Below the pieces are notes generated by a model. That model made no database searches. It saw only the letters and a program-made list of their open reading frames with translations, and was not told the origin of the DNA. Below are positions 1 through 12,003 of a stretch of DNA of 64,000 nt, in pieces. Both the position numbers and the translations under genes were made by a program. The first letter of the stretch is position 1; each line of letters begins with the position of its first letter. This DNA is from Tubiluchus corallicola. Lineage: Eukaryota > Animalia > Priapulida. The DNA lies in NCBI GenBank assembly GCA_030141605.1, contig JAQGDQ010000048.1, positions 744,001 to 808,000 on the forward strand. Direction: 5' to 3'.

Positions 1-203
1 CCGATTTCGCTATTTTTATGTAAATTGAAAAAAATAGTGATATTACATTTTAGCAATGGCTTTTCATATTATTGTAAAATGGGTATTATTGTAAATTGAA
101 AATTTCATTTTCAGCTTTTCAATTTTAATCAAATTTTGGTTTATTCTTGAATGTCATTGCTATGTGACACTGGTGAACCTTTACCAATTTGTTGAACTTT
201 CAG

Positions 204-438
204 GTACTTAATACACCTTACCAAGAAATTACATCTAGTCCCGAATATGGCTGTTATATTAGAGGATCTTTCCTAGAAGGAGCCAGGTGGGATGCAGATG
301 CCCATTTATTAGTTGAGTCGCGTCCGAAAGAATTATACACGGAGATGCCAGTGATGCTTTTGTTGCCGGAGGAAGATCGGAAGCAGCCTGAAACAGGAAT
401 CTATGTGTGCCCATTGTATAAGACTCTACAAAGAGCAG
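204..438 (+). CDS. DNAH1: Axonemal dynein heavy chain, penultimate exon (gene begins upstream of the window)
   Basis: Acceptor tttcag|GTA at 203/204 and donor G|gtatgt at 438/439. Encodes ...GCYIRGSFLEGARWD...RPKELYTEMPV...YVCPLYKTLQRA, the dynein heavy chain C-terminal domain signature. Paralog assignment is tentative. Confidence 0.9.
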
Positions 439-1826
439 GTATGTATGAGTTCTTGTATGAATTCTTACAGAAACCATAAAGGTTTGAAGAAAATAATATT
501 GTTTAGTTATGAATTATAAGCACATTTTGCTCTTCATGTTTGTTTGTTTTGAATCAATATCTTTCGTGGAATTTAGTGTAGCACACGGTACTGTTTGCAC
601 CATTTTGTTTCCAACTTCATTTCCTAAAAACATAGAAGTAGCATTTGAAACATTTGAAAATTAGAGCATTAAAAAAGTATTGGTCTCAAGCCAGAAAGTG
701 TTAAATCGTTAAGATATGAAAATGCTCCAGTTGCGATGAAAGTTGATGAATTGACCATTGGTGAAGGAATGTTTGATGGAGTTTTGTGAAAAGCATCTAT
801 TTAATGACCAATTGGAGAGATAAATTCTAAGCTTTATCTTTTTCCGAGTATGTTAATGAAATAAAATAATATCACTGTTTATTTATTGATAGAAAATGTG
901 TACAGTAGAGTAAGAAGGTGCAAAAGCATGTTAAAATTTAAACCTTTAAACACTTCTTCATTATTTTTGTAGCCGAGATAATCAACAACTGCTCACGTGT
1001 ATTATGATGTTTAGTCAAAAAGCTGCAATATTTTGTCCTAGAATTTAATCAAGTATGTGTTAACAAAGAGCGACACCAAAATGGTTAAACATACTTGTCT
1101 TTACAATAGTTTCTTCATTCAACCAGTTATATTTTATTGATGTGTATTACGCTTTCATAAAAATTAAATTAAGCTAAGTTAATTAAGGTAAATAAATTAA
1201 GATAACTCTTAACCTGTAGACCTTTTCCAAATCAGTAGTTATTAAGTCTGTGTGCGTGACTGAAAATTCAAAATTTTCATACTTTACAGCAGTAGTATTC
1301 TTTTGTTATACTCCATTGTTTTTTAATTGTTTACATTATCGCATAATTAAAAGTTTTTTAGGCTTTAGTCCATGTTTTCCTGCAGTAATGTAATTGAGTC
1401 AGTCAATCAGTTAGTCACTAAACACAAAAGAGCCAAGGTGTATCAATTTTATCAAATGTGTTTTGCTGACCAATGGAAGGCTCTCAAAACTATTGAAATT
1501 TCAGTAATTGTACACGAGACTTATTAAATATCCAATCTTGTTACACATTTGTAAGGTTTCAATAAATTACAAAGCTTAGCACAAATGTGCAACACTATCC
1601 TGATGTGCAACACAAGACTGTGTGCAGCACAAAATATTTATGGTAAATTAGCAAGTAGGATCCAGAGTTCTGAAATAAAATAATCGATGTGGGAAGCTAC
1701 AGGGTATGTTTCTCTCTTTTATTTTGATTTAACTTTGTCTGTTTATGGAACACCTGTCTTCTGATTGCTGACCAACTTGCACTGTATTTTAACCTTCTTC
1801 TCAATACGTATTTTTATTGCTATTAG

Positions 1827-1948
1827 GGACCCTGTCTACCACTGGCCATTCAACAAACTATGTACTCTCATTGGAGTTACCATCTGATAAAGATCAGCAT
1901 CACTGGATTAAAAGAGCTGTGGCAATGATATGCGCATTGAATTATTAA
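1827..1948 (+). CDS. DNAH1: Axonemal dynein heavy chain, last coding exon
   Basis: Acceptor tattag at 1826; the phase-1 join gives [40 protein letters not shown]. [11 protein letters not shown] is typical of single-headed inner-arm dyneins, and the HWIKR...ICALxY ending most resembles DNAH1 as recalled. Candidate AATAAA at 2335-2340. Confidence 0.88.
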
Positions 1949-3399
1949 CACTTTATTCTTCTTAAAAATGAGTGATGAAAAATGAATTACATATTCTTTT
2001 TGTTGCCGAAAATGTTCTAAAACATCCCGTTAAAAAGTTGTTAATTATCATAATTCATTTGTTAGGAAGTGTACTGTAGTCTTATTAGTCAGATATAGAT
2101 TTTCAGTATTATAATTGAACTACAATTGTTAGTTGTAGTAACTGGGCCCTATACGTGCCTGTGATAAAACTGTAATATATTACTGCTACACAAAAGTTAT
2201 TCACATCCTAATGTTAAATTTATAAATTATAAATATATGTTTAGCTACTGTTTATCATTGTTCTTCATAGCACCGTAAATGTAAACTGTTATACAAGAGT
2301 GCTTTCTCTTCAATAGCTTACCCAGGTTTTGTCTAATAAAGTTTTACTTTAAGATATTGATTTCCAAAGATTGTTTAATTTGATTTTATAAGAATTGCAA
2401 AAGTCAGAGAGTTTACAAGAGGTTAGCCTGATAGCCAGATACAGCTACATGCTATAAGGTAGACATTTTTGCTGCAGTTATAATAAATATTTTCTTAGGG
2501 TCATGAGTCACTTTACACTTAATTACGACATACCGTTGTATCCATGGTGAAGCAGCTTATACTGGCTAGTACAGCACAATGCACAGTATAGACTTATGTT
2601 TTATTTATTTGTTAACATCTGTTGTCTTAGTGTGGAGCTTTAAACCTTTTTTTGTTTGCAGTCTGCCCAACTTTGTTGCACGTCGAATTTCCTCTTTTTT
2701 TTAAGACTTTTATTTACATATTTATATGTTTATAACTTTACATGTTAATTGTTTTGAGCGCAGTATTATTTTTTATCTGTTTACTTATTCGCAAGTATTT
2801 ATTGTGTATCTTTTTAATAAAAATGGTATGTGATTTACACGAATACCTTTGTTACACTAAAATTTGTTTACATAATTGTGTTAACTTATTGGGTGCAGGG
2901 TGTATATATATATATATGTTGTATTTTTGATACTACTGCTGCCTACAATGATCAAAGGCTAAATGTGAAAATACTTATGAAAGTACTGATTATATGATAT
3001 TGCCGTTGGCATCCCTCTATATCTATTAAATACCTGACTGTAATATTACATGTTACAGTGTGGGCACACAGCAAAACTAGTTGTATTTTCAATAGATGAT
3101 TTTTATGGGATGAAGGATACGCATGTGCTTCGGGAACTGGCTGCTTGATGATTGCTGGGTTTGCCAGATTCAATACTTGTTGACGTTATACTGCCGCTGT
3201 TAGGTTTTTTCAGTAGGAGTGGATGTAATTACAGTTTCCAAATATGGCTAACGAACGCCTGCTGATTCATTGTCTCACTGAGACAACTACTAATAATAAA
3301 TACCTAAATTAAACTGTCTCTTGTCTCTTGCAATCTTTCAACATTAAGCAGATCCTATACTGAATAATGAATTCCAGCTTGTCATGTGCACACTTGATG

Positions 3400-3620
3400 A
3401 AAAATGCCTATTGGCATAAGTTTTATCAAACTTGGAGAACTGCGTGGCTGCGGAGTTATTAGATAAATATAAGAAAATAATCCAAACGTTGCGTTGGTCA
3501 GACGCTTGACTTTGGCACATAACCTGCTTGAAGACATTCTGTCAAAGAGCAATGGACTGAGAGCATCAAAGACTACGTGCTTGTGTGACAGAGGTCAATT
3601 TTTTCAGTCGTTGTTGAACA
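3400..3620 (+). mobile_element. Possible decayed Tc1/mariner transposase C-terminal fragment
   Basis: Frame-broken translation ...DA*...KTFCQRAMD*EHQRLRACVT/RGQFF resembles the Tc1/mariner C-terminal pattern 'AIDxWxxRLRACVxxxGxHFE'. Contains stops and frameshifts; no TIRs found. Confidence 0.35.
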
Positions 3621-4779
3621 TTGTAAAGATAATAATCCGTGTGCACTAAGTCACTAAACGAAAGCTTGTCTCTTAATTTTTTGTCCATTAATTGCTGCAT
3701 TTGCAAGCTGTTGAAAGTATCCAAGATTATTTAATTTTTCTTTTAATTTAGCAATTCTCCATAGTTCACATTCGCCTGTCGTCCTTTTCATGTGGTTTAA
3801 TAACATGCTTGGCACCAATAAATTTTAATTTGGCAATTTATTATTGCCTTATAAAATATATAAATTCTTTTTAAATAAATTAACTTGTTCTAGTAATGAT
3901 TATAAACTGGTTAGCTGAAATCTGTATAAATATGCTACTAAGATACCACGTTATTTTTTATACATTACAAAATACATTACAAACTATGCAATTTCTCGGT
4001 TACAGACTGGGACATTTTCTTAAGGCACCACAAGCACTTACTGAGCTGCCTGGTATAAGTAAAGCGTCGGTAATAGGCTGTTTAAAATGGTCCTGCCACG
4101 ACCATAAACCTCTGCTGGTTCAGTGAATTACTTTTTTCGTAGCTACTGACTGCGTTCAGAAGCTGAAAATAATCAACGTTATACAATATTAAACTATTTT
4201 ACGGTCTCGTTTTCATTTATTAGCTGAATTTGTTCATTTCTGAAATTCTCTTTGATGTGGAAAAATGTGCAGAAAAACTAAGTTTCAAATATGGCAGTAT
4301 TTGTTCAAAAATATTATCTTAATAATGTAATAAGATAAGCAACTGTTCCCTTTATTAACCACTAACCTTGAAATTAACATATAAATCAATAATCGTCACT
4401 GTGAGTTCACCGGTAAACCGCAGCAATCTAATAAGTAGTTTAAACACATTTAGTGACTTAGCTAAATTTAGTGAGATTCTAAGCTACGAGTCCTTTATTA
4501 AAAAGTCACGCCCAGAAAGTACAAAGAAGACGCCGAAACAGAATTTTTGGTTACCAGAAAAAATTAAAAACTTATACAATGTTTGTGCCTTTTCACAATG
4601 GTACTTAAAGTGAAAATGTAAATAATTTCGGTGATTGCTTCTGCGATTCAGCCTATGTAAACCCAAAAATTTGCATGAATTTTGAAGAACAATAACAGTA
4701 GTTCTCCGACACAAAAAACACATGGTAATTCCAAAACTGCCTAGAGAAGTGCAGATGCTATTACATGTACTGTCACAGT

Positions 4780-5230
4780 CAAGACATGAGCTCAACGTGA
4801 GATCATATAATGCTCATGTATGACTCACAAACATGAAGTTGGGAAAATTATAAAGTTTTGATGTCATAGGATAAACATTGACGTAGAAGTCATAAGCATG
4901 AAAATATAATGATGTCATATTGGGCTCATATGCGTGAGGTAATATAGCAATCGCATTTATGACGTCAGAATGAACTCACAATCTACTCATGTATGTGACC
5001 TCATAAAAATATCATCCTTGTGAGCTAATAAAATGATCATAATTATGATGTCAGGCTGAGCTCATAATCCACTCATGTGTATGAATTACTAGAAACATCA
5101 TAGTCCTGAGGTCCTCGTGAGTTCATAAACGTGAGCTAATTGTCATGACTGTGATGTCAGACGGAGGTCATAATCTACTCACGTGTATGACCTCATAGAA
5201 ATATCACAGACACCAGTTCACAGTAGCTCG
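4780..5230. repeat. Diverged tandem repeat, ~85-105 bp period
   Basis: Units start at ~4958 (tatgacgtcagaatgaactcacaatctactcatgtatgtgacctcata), ~5044 (tatgatgtcaggctgagctcataatccactcatgtgtatga) and ~5150 (tgtgatgtcagacggaggtcataatctactcacgtgtatgacctcata), with more degenerate pieces from ~4780. Confidence 0.75.
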
Positions 5231-5776
5231 TAAAAAATCGTAATTATTATTAAAAACCTGCATACACATATATAATAGATATTATAGATATTTATTATAT
5301 ATGTAACAAGGTGTAACGATTGACATTTTAAAATCTGCTTGACGTACTGCATGCAGTCAACGACTCTAATAATCTGTAAATTAAAAAAATAAAAATCATT
5401 GTTATTTAATTAGGTGTTAGCCATTTTATCTGAAATTCGATGGACTAATGTTATTCCGACTGTATAACTAATAAAAGACTTATAAAAAAACTTCTCTTGC
5501 ACTCCCCCTTCTCTTTCTCTGTCGTTTTCTTTTTGCTCTGAAATCCAGCCATATGAATTCTTATGAATTATTGCTCTCAGAACTCAGAGTGTCTTTGTTT
5601 ACAAGCACAATTTTCAGTCACGAAAGTGACAGGTGTCACTAAGTTAGACAAATAAACAAGCTTAGTAGCGAACTCACATGACCATATTATAATTAATAAG
5701 ACCTTGGTAAGATCTAGCTTCACTGAAACCAAAAGTTAAACTTTATCATAGAAGCTGTTTGAATTTAAAAAAATTA

Positions 5777-5831
5777 ATGATAAAGTCACTAACTCTGATT
5801 CTTGCAGTATCATTTTATTTTGCAGCAACTG
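5777..5831 (+). CDS. Ly6/uPAR three-finger (quiver/sleepless-like) protein, exon 1 (signal peptide)
   Basis: ATG at 5777 encodes MIKSLTLILAVSFYFAAT, a hydrophobic signal peptide, followed by a phase-1 donor G|gtaagt. Confidence 0.85.
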
Positions 5832-6418
5832 GTAAGTAGGGTTATCTTTCTTTCCTTTTGCATTAAATAGAGCAAATTTATGATGATGAGAGATTCTAAG
5901 CCAATGGTGCATAATATTTTTTCTTAAACATAAATTGTCACTCTTATCTGTATGTGTTTACTGCAAAGAATAAAACAAAAGCATCTAAATTCAACATTAA
6001 ATTTACAATTTTCATCTCTCCTTTTTTCTTGATTTCTTTTCAAGGATTTTTTTATTATTTTTATTTTTGCCATTTTTTTACTAGTTGGCCGGTATGATTG
6101 ATAGGCTGGCTGGTTGGCTGTTTTGTTGGCTTGTCGATTTATTGTACATTGCTTCAATTGTTCATCATCTATCTCTTTGTTCGTGCTTTCATTAATTCAC
6201 CAGTCATCACAAATGCAGCGAGGAAGTAATTACTATTATTTTTATCTAGTAGTAATAAGAGAAACTTAAAGATAAATGTGAGAAACCATAGGTTGCAATT
6301 AAAGTCAAAGTTGGCCTCGGATAGCTTTTGAGCAATAATAAATAATAATTGTCGAGTTTTGATTAGGCTTCTTATGTATGTTTATTAGTATTTAAAAATT
6401 AGTAGTGTATTTTTTTAG

Positions 6419-6568
6419 GTGGAGAAACTTTTAGATGTTACAGTTGTTTATGGAACTCCTACAATCCTGAGTATTACGACGAAGGCTGTCAACACGAACT
6501 AACACCGGATGTTCCTGAGTCATGGATCGTCCAACCCTGCATTCAATGCGCCTACGTTTACATGGATG
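6419..6568 (+). CDS. Ly6/uPAR three-finger protein, exon 2
   Basis: Acceptor ttttttag; encodes GGETFRCYSCLWNSYNPEYYDEGCQHELTPDVPESWIVQPCIQCAYVYMD; phase-1 donor G|gtaaag. xCYxC is the canonical LU-domain start. Confidence 0.88.
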
Positions 6569-6945
6569 GTAAAGTATTATTCATAGTCAATAGTCATAAT
6601 CTTACTTCGTGACTTTCTTTTTTCGATTATATCATTCTGTTTATAGTACAGGTTTCGCAGCTGATTTTCTAATTTTTGCTCTGGACATTCATAGATGGGA
6701 GAACAATTGTTTATAAATTCAGTTTTCCTCAGTCTTCTTACCTGTGGAAACGCTATATTCTTTACTAAAATTAATAATTGTTTCCCTGTCAAGTACAACC
6801 CCAACATAAGCTTGTGCACGATTCATCATTGAGAATGCCGGAAGAGAGCAGGCGAAACGCTTGGTTTTTAAATTAGTGTACTGAACCTACTGTAAGCGTA
6901 AAGTTAATGATGTCTTTTGTGATTAAGATCATTTGTGTATTTTAG

Positions 6946-7079
6946 GAGTGTCTGGAGAGACCGTTATGAGAACTTGCAGCAACACTGTTACCTATGAACC
7001 AGGCTGTAAAGAAGAAGAGACAGTACATGGTTACCAGAAGATCTGCTACTGTAACTTTGACCTATGCAATTCTTACTAA
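6946..7079 (+). CDS. Ly6/uPAR three-finger protein, exon 3
   Basis: Acceptor ttttag; encodes GVSGETVMRTCSNTVTYEPGCKEEETVHGYQKICYCNFDLCNSY*, with the CxCxxDLCN terminal motif. The three exons sum to 339 nt = 112 aa + stop, with 10 Cys. Confidence 0.9.
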
Positions 7080-7354
7080 AAAGCACAATTTGCTAATCAC
7101 AGTATCTTCTGAAATTCAGCTTTCGCCTGCCACAAATATTCACCAGTAATTTCGATTGTAATCATTCATTAATGTAGGCAAAAAGTCTTAAGGTGTATAA
7201 TTGTTCTTGTTTTATTATTGTTATTTCTCTGTTCTGAAGTGGAGTGTATGTCATATTGCCACTGTACCTGTGCATAGGAAGTCTGTTCAGTTAGTATCAA
7301 GGTTTCTTCCAATCATCAAACAATATAGAACGTAGCAAATTACATTCATGTAAC

Positions 7355-7452
7355 CGGTTTCGCAAAGCCGTCACTAAGTTAACGAAGCTGTTATTACAAT
7401 CACAAACTGATAATAAGTTTGCAGTTAACTTAGTGATGGCTTTGTGAAACTG
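7355..7452. mobile_element. Small fold-back / MITE-like element with 29-bp inverted repeats
   Basis: 7355-7383 cggtttcgcaaagccgtcactaagttaac matches the reverse complement of 7424-7452 at 26/29 positions. No clear TSD. Confidence 0.7.
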
Positions 7453-8892
7453 TGCTGGATTCCTGAGACGTTCACTCTCGGGCTATATCCACTGGTTTCG
7501 AGTCAGTCATACCCCTTGTAGACGTCGGATTGTACCAGTTCACATAAAGCTCAGTTATAGCTTCAGGGGCTTTCGACTAGCTGGCACTATAGAGCAGTAA
7601 TTATTTGACTAGCTTCGAACAATATAATGAAAATGTTTTGGTCATCAGCAGATATAAACAGCTATAGTTTGTGTAATAAATTGTTATGACTGGAAATATA
7701 ATTTATTTATTTTTTCATTATTTTACATACTCAGCGATGATGTGGCTTACTTACGTTCAGTTCTTTTTTGTAATCTTTATAGTAACCAGCGACTTCTTGA
7801 ACAGGGAAAGGGAAATGTTAATTCAGGAACAGGAGCAGGACGTGTTGCTCGATTTATATTGACTTGTCTGTCCATAAAGAAGTATTATACAGATAAACTT
7901 GGTGGTTTGTGTGTCCGTTTTATCTGTTTATTATGATTTAGTTATACACGAGAATGCACCTGAATAAGAAGTTCAGAAGAATTTATAATTCAGGACATTT
8001 TAATTGCTTTTTAATAGATAAATGTAGCTGTACCTGTTACAAGCAATATTGTTTTGAGTTTAGCTTATAGCTGTACGTGTCTAGTTAAGTTTATTACATT
8101 GCGGTTACTTGCGCAGTTATAGAACTACACAAAAATTTTATCAGGCCGTTTTTGAAAACTACTGCGATACATAAAAATTTTAAAGCAAAAAATGTGAAAC
8201 TTTATGAGGCTCCTGCAGTTTGTGAAGACATAAGTTGTGGCTTGTTTAGCTTAGATCTATACGTAAATTCAGCACTGCCTATTCTGATTTTATCGGACTA
8301 TGTAACACATATGACATATCTGATACATTACCGCAAAATTCGTAGGATCCGTTTCACCATTAACTGCCATTTTAAGTGTAAGCAATTTCAGCTGGGGTGT
8401 TTGCTTAAATCAGCTGGCATTGAATCACAGGTTACAATCCGGTGTACCAAGAGAGTTATTCTAAAATCTATATACTATTAGGGAGGAACTATATAACATA
8501 TATATATATATGGTGTGATTTAAGAATAATGTTACCATGTACAACGAAATACGTTGCTTATCTGTAATTTTGTAACCTTACTATGACATAAATGTATATA
8601 CATGTACTAGGTTTTTATGTTTAGCCACTACAACCCTATATGTAGAGACTGTACGCTAATTAGTTAGTCCCGTTTGCGGCCACGTACTTGATTTTTTTGG
8701 TCTCCTTTTGTTTTTCGTTTATGCTTCATTTTCACTAAATCATGTTCTACATGTATTTCGACTCAATAAACACTTTCTTAAACGACGCATGGTTAAAGTT
8801 TCAGCATAGGTGCTGCCGCGTTGCGAGGTTGTAATGACGGCTACTCGGCAGGTGAGATGAGGACTATGGCTTCAGGTGACTGATCTACATCG

Positions 8893-8906
8893 GTTACCAT
8901 GGCAGC
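8893..8906. promoter_or_regulatory. RFX X-box-like motif upstream of the CD36-like gene
   Basis: GTTACCATGGCAGC differs at one position from GTTRCCATGGYAAC. It lies ~490 bp upstream of the ATG in a locally CpG-richer patch. A weaker copy GTTACCATGTACAAC is at 8531-8545. Confidence 0.5.
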
Positions 8907-9395
8907 AGACCATGCTTTATCGTATTGTTTATACTTAGAACTCAGTAATCGGGCTTCAGTTAATATTTAACCAAGTCTTACTTAGAGAAGTCTTCAATGG
9001 ATCTTCAGTTCAAATATTCATCGAGACGTGCCGAGCAATTGGATAGACTGCAATTACTGCATTAGCATGCTGGTGCTTTCGCCTGTAGAAAAGAAATCGC
9101 GAAACTCAGTGGAAAATCGCGATAACTAGATAATGTGTGATGTTAAACATTTCTTATCTTGGAGTTCGGTTTTACACTATTGTCTTCAAATATCGAATTA
9201 ATTAAGAGATTAGCTCGAAATTTTGGATTTTTGCATTTAACAGCGTTCACGTAATAGTATTGAATTTTGTTACTCTAAGATGCATCTATCTTTCTGTGTC
9301 TGCTGTGCGCTGCTACAACTTTAACTGAGATGGCATAGACACTTCCATATTCAGTTTTACCCGAGATGATTTAGCTATGCTGAGTCGCGTGTCCT

Positions 9396-9575
9396 ATGGC
9401 GTATGGTAGGGATGTTTCTTCCAGAAAAATATTAGGCACAGGTGTAGTACTGACTGGGCTATTAGTGATGACTGTAGGCTTGATTATTGGTTTAAAGTTT
9501 CCGAAAGTTCTTGACCGGCGTACCTTGTCTGAAATGTGCGTCAATAGCAAGTCACATCCGTCATATTCCGAATGG
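9396..9575 (+). CDS. CD36/scavenger receptor class B family protein, exon 1 (N-terminal TM)
   Basis: MAYGRDVSSRKILGTGVVLTGLLVMTVGLIIGLKFPKVLDRRTLSEMCVNSKSHPSYSEW: short tail, TM helix and an SYxxW motif. Donor TGG|gtaagt, phase 0. Confidence 0.85.
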
Positions 9576-9789
9576 GTAAGTTAATTTTTTTATTATTTTA
9601 TGCTACAGAACAGTAGCAGTAGCAGCAGTAAAAGCAGAGTTGTTGTGGGGGTAGTGATGGTGAGCCTACAAAATCGTAGACCATCGTAGAAATAGGAAGC
9701 TGTAAATTGGAAGAAACATTTTAGTTAATTAATATCAAAATCCTATTTCTACACATGACTGAATAAGAATACTTTTGTAGACCTATGTG

Positions 9790-10073
9790 CAGGGCCTATT
9801 TCAGGGGGGGGGAAGTGGGGTTACCCTCCAGGGGGCCTCGCGCCGAGGTAACATTTTTTTGCTTTATGCGAACATTCAATTGTTCTTTCCTTTAACAACT
9901 GTATAACTCCATATTTTCTCTTCGAAAATGCTTCTCTGGCATTCTAGCAGTTCAAAAATTTTCTGTGCGTCAACTATGGTGGCGAGTGCTTCGCGCCCCC
10001 GAACCTCCTCCTAAACCGAGGAGCCTCACACGCCCCACTTCCCCGGGCCTCGCTCAGGCTGAAATAGGTCCTG
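9790..10073. mobile_element. hAT-type MITE (284 bp) in CD36-like intron 1
   Basis: 15-bp TIRs CAGGGCCTATTTCAG / CTGAAATAGGTCCTG (1 mismatch), flanked by a perfect 8-bp TSD CCTATGTG at 9782-9789 and 10074-10081. CAGGG ends with an 8-bp TSD are hAT hallmarks. Confidence 0.9.
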
Positions 10074-10779
10074 CCTATGTGTTCTTTAACATCATTAAAT
10101 GCTTTCCAAACTGCCCGTAAGCAAGCATGTAAAAACATACATGTGGCGATGAAAGCGCAACCGCCTTTACCGTGGTAAAATGTATTCAAGTGCTTAGTGG
10201 TCAACGTGAAGGCCCGGCACGAACGACGTGCTCGATCTCTGTTATATAGATAATACTATTTTGTGTTTATGTGCTGTACAATAATATTTTTGGGGTTGTT
10301 AAAAAGACACATCATGCCAAATGACACATAATGACACGTGTTCTTTTGCCCAGCTGCAGGGAGCGCAGGTGTAAACTGCTTAGTCACGCAGTAATTAGAT
10401 CTATACTTTCCTCGTAATATAATCATTTATGATGGTATGTTTGTTTACCATATCTTGATTAAAAAAGGTTTTCGTGGCCTATATATTGATGCCTTGTCTT
10501 CGATTTGGGTGCGTACAGCTTACAACAGAATGTCCATACCGAGATGAATTAACGAACATTTGACATGGTTTACTCAATCATTTTACTCATTGGCAATTTT
10601 TACAGCACGATTTCTGGCAGCGACTTTTTTAGCTATTTCTTGACAGTACAGCAAAAAGCATTTTACCAAACTCGTCTTTTCTCTATAGTGCAAATTTTGA
10701 ATAAATATCGTTTATAGGTGGACATCGAATAGTACTAATTATAAGAAACTGTTTACTATATTATTAATGGTAATGAGGT

Positions 10780-11044
10780 AATTCTGAAAAATATCAATCC
10801 CACATTTAAATAAAAATGACTGTCACTTGTAACAACACTGATTTGTTCTCGTCACCATGGTTTTGCTTGCTTAGCTGTAGCTATTTACGATGGAGTTGTT
10901 GATGATCATGGTAACGGCGATGATAACAACAATGATGACAAGTTGAAAATTAGATTAGATTAGATTTAATGATGGAGAATATGGTGATGATGATGATGAT
11001 GATGATGATGTTGATGATGATGATGATGATGATGATGACGACGG

Positions 11045-11078
<34 letters not shown>

Positions 11079-11217
11079 GATGAAGTTGATGACGATGAAG
11101 ACGACGATGATAGTGACAATAATACTAGCAGTGACAACATTGATGATGGTGCTGATAATCTCTAAGGGGTTTGCTGGGACAACGCTTTGGAGCATCTATA
11201 GAAGAATTTTGTGGACT
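10780..11217. repeat. Local direct duplication copy 1, containing a (GAT)n-rich tract
   Basis: aattctgaaaaatatcaatcccacattt...catggttttgcttgctta...attagattagatt...(GAT)n...tctaagg.gtttgctggga...tagaagaattttgtggac recurs at 12004-12481. Confidence 0.85.
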
Positions 11218-11816
11218 TGGTCCCTCATCGTATCACGTGAAGGTATTCTTTTGCGCATGACAGTGTGGAGCAGTACCATGTAAAAGAAGCGGTTTGTTAT
11301 TTTTTACAGTAATTGCGCTTTTTTCATTTTTGGAGGTTTAGCTAGATATTTTTTGAGATACGATCAAGTACAGGAGAATATTTCTCTCATTTTTACTGAC
11401 CCGTGTACAGTTATCCGCCCCGAATGAGCCATCCAGCGTTCAAGCAAAAGAGCTTTTTTCGCATTTAATCTATAGCAGAAGTAAAACGGAAGGAATGAAG
11501 CCCAATATCAGCGGTTACTAAGTTCGCTTATTATACCGAAAAACCAACTCTTATAAAAACGCTATTACATGCCTTAATGGCAAAAGCGCCTTATTAAATT
11601 CACGCATTACAAAAGGCAGACATGACTTGTAACAGCCGCCGAAAATAATGACCATGCTCTAATTGACAAGAAGGAAAAACCACTACAAATTATTAACGAC
11701 TGAGCAGTTGGGGAAATGTATTGCACAAGTTATGAAACTCGGCACGCCTTATACTTCCTCTTTGAGACGTTGCTTTTAATGATTGTGTTAATGAAAGTTC
11801 CGTTTCTGTTGCCTAG

Positions 11817-11909
11817 GTAACGGACGGAAAAAGGACAAGAGTAAATAAAGTATACCTGTGGCAAATAACAAATATCGACGATTTTTTGTACCACGGTAAA
11901 ATGCCAAAG
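11817..11909 (+). CDS. CD36-like protein, exon 2
   Basis: Acceptor gcctag and donor AAG|gtaggt, 93 nt, phase 0/0. VTDGKRTRVNKVYLWQITNIDDFLYHGKMPK matches the family motif VYFFNVTNPxExxxGxKP. Confidence 0.88.
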
Positions 11910-12003
11910 GTAGGTTCTTATTCTTACGATTAATTTGTTTTTATTGTAGCACATAAAATTCTACTTTTGAATTTAATCTGTAATTCTTCTTGAGATGTTT
12001 TAC

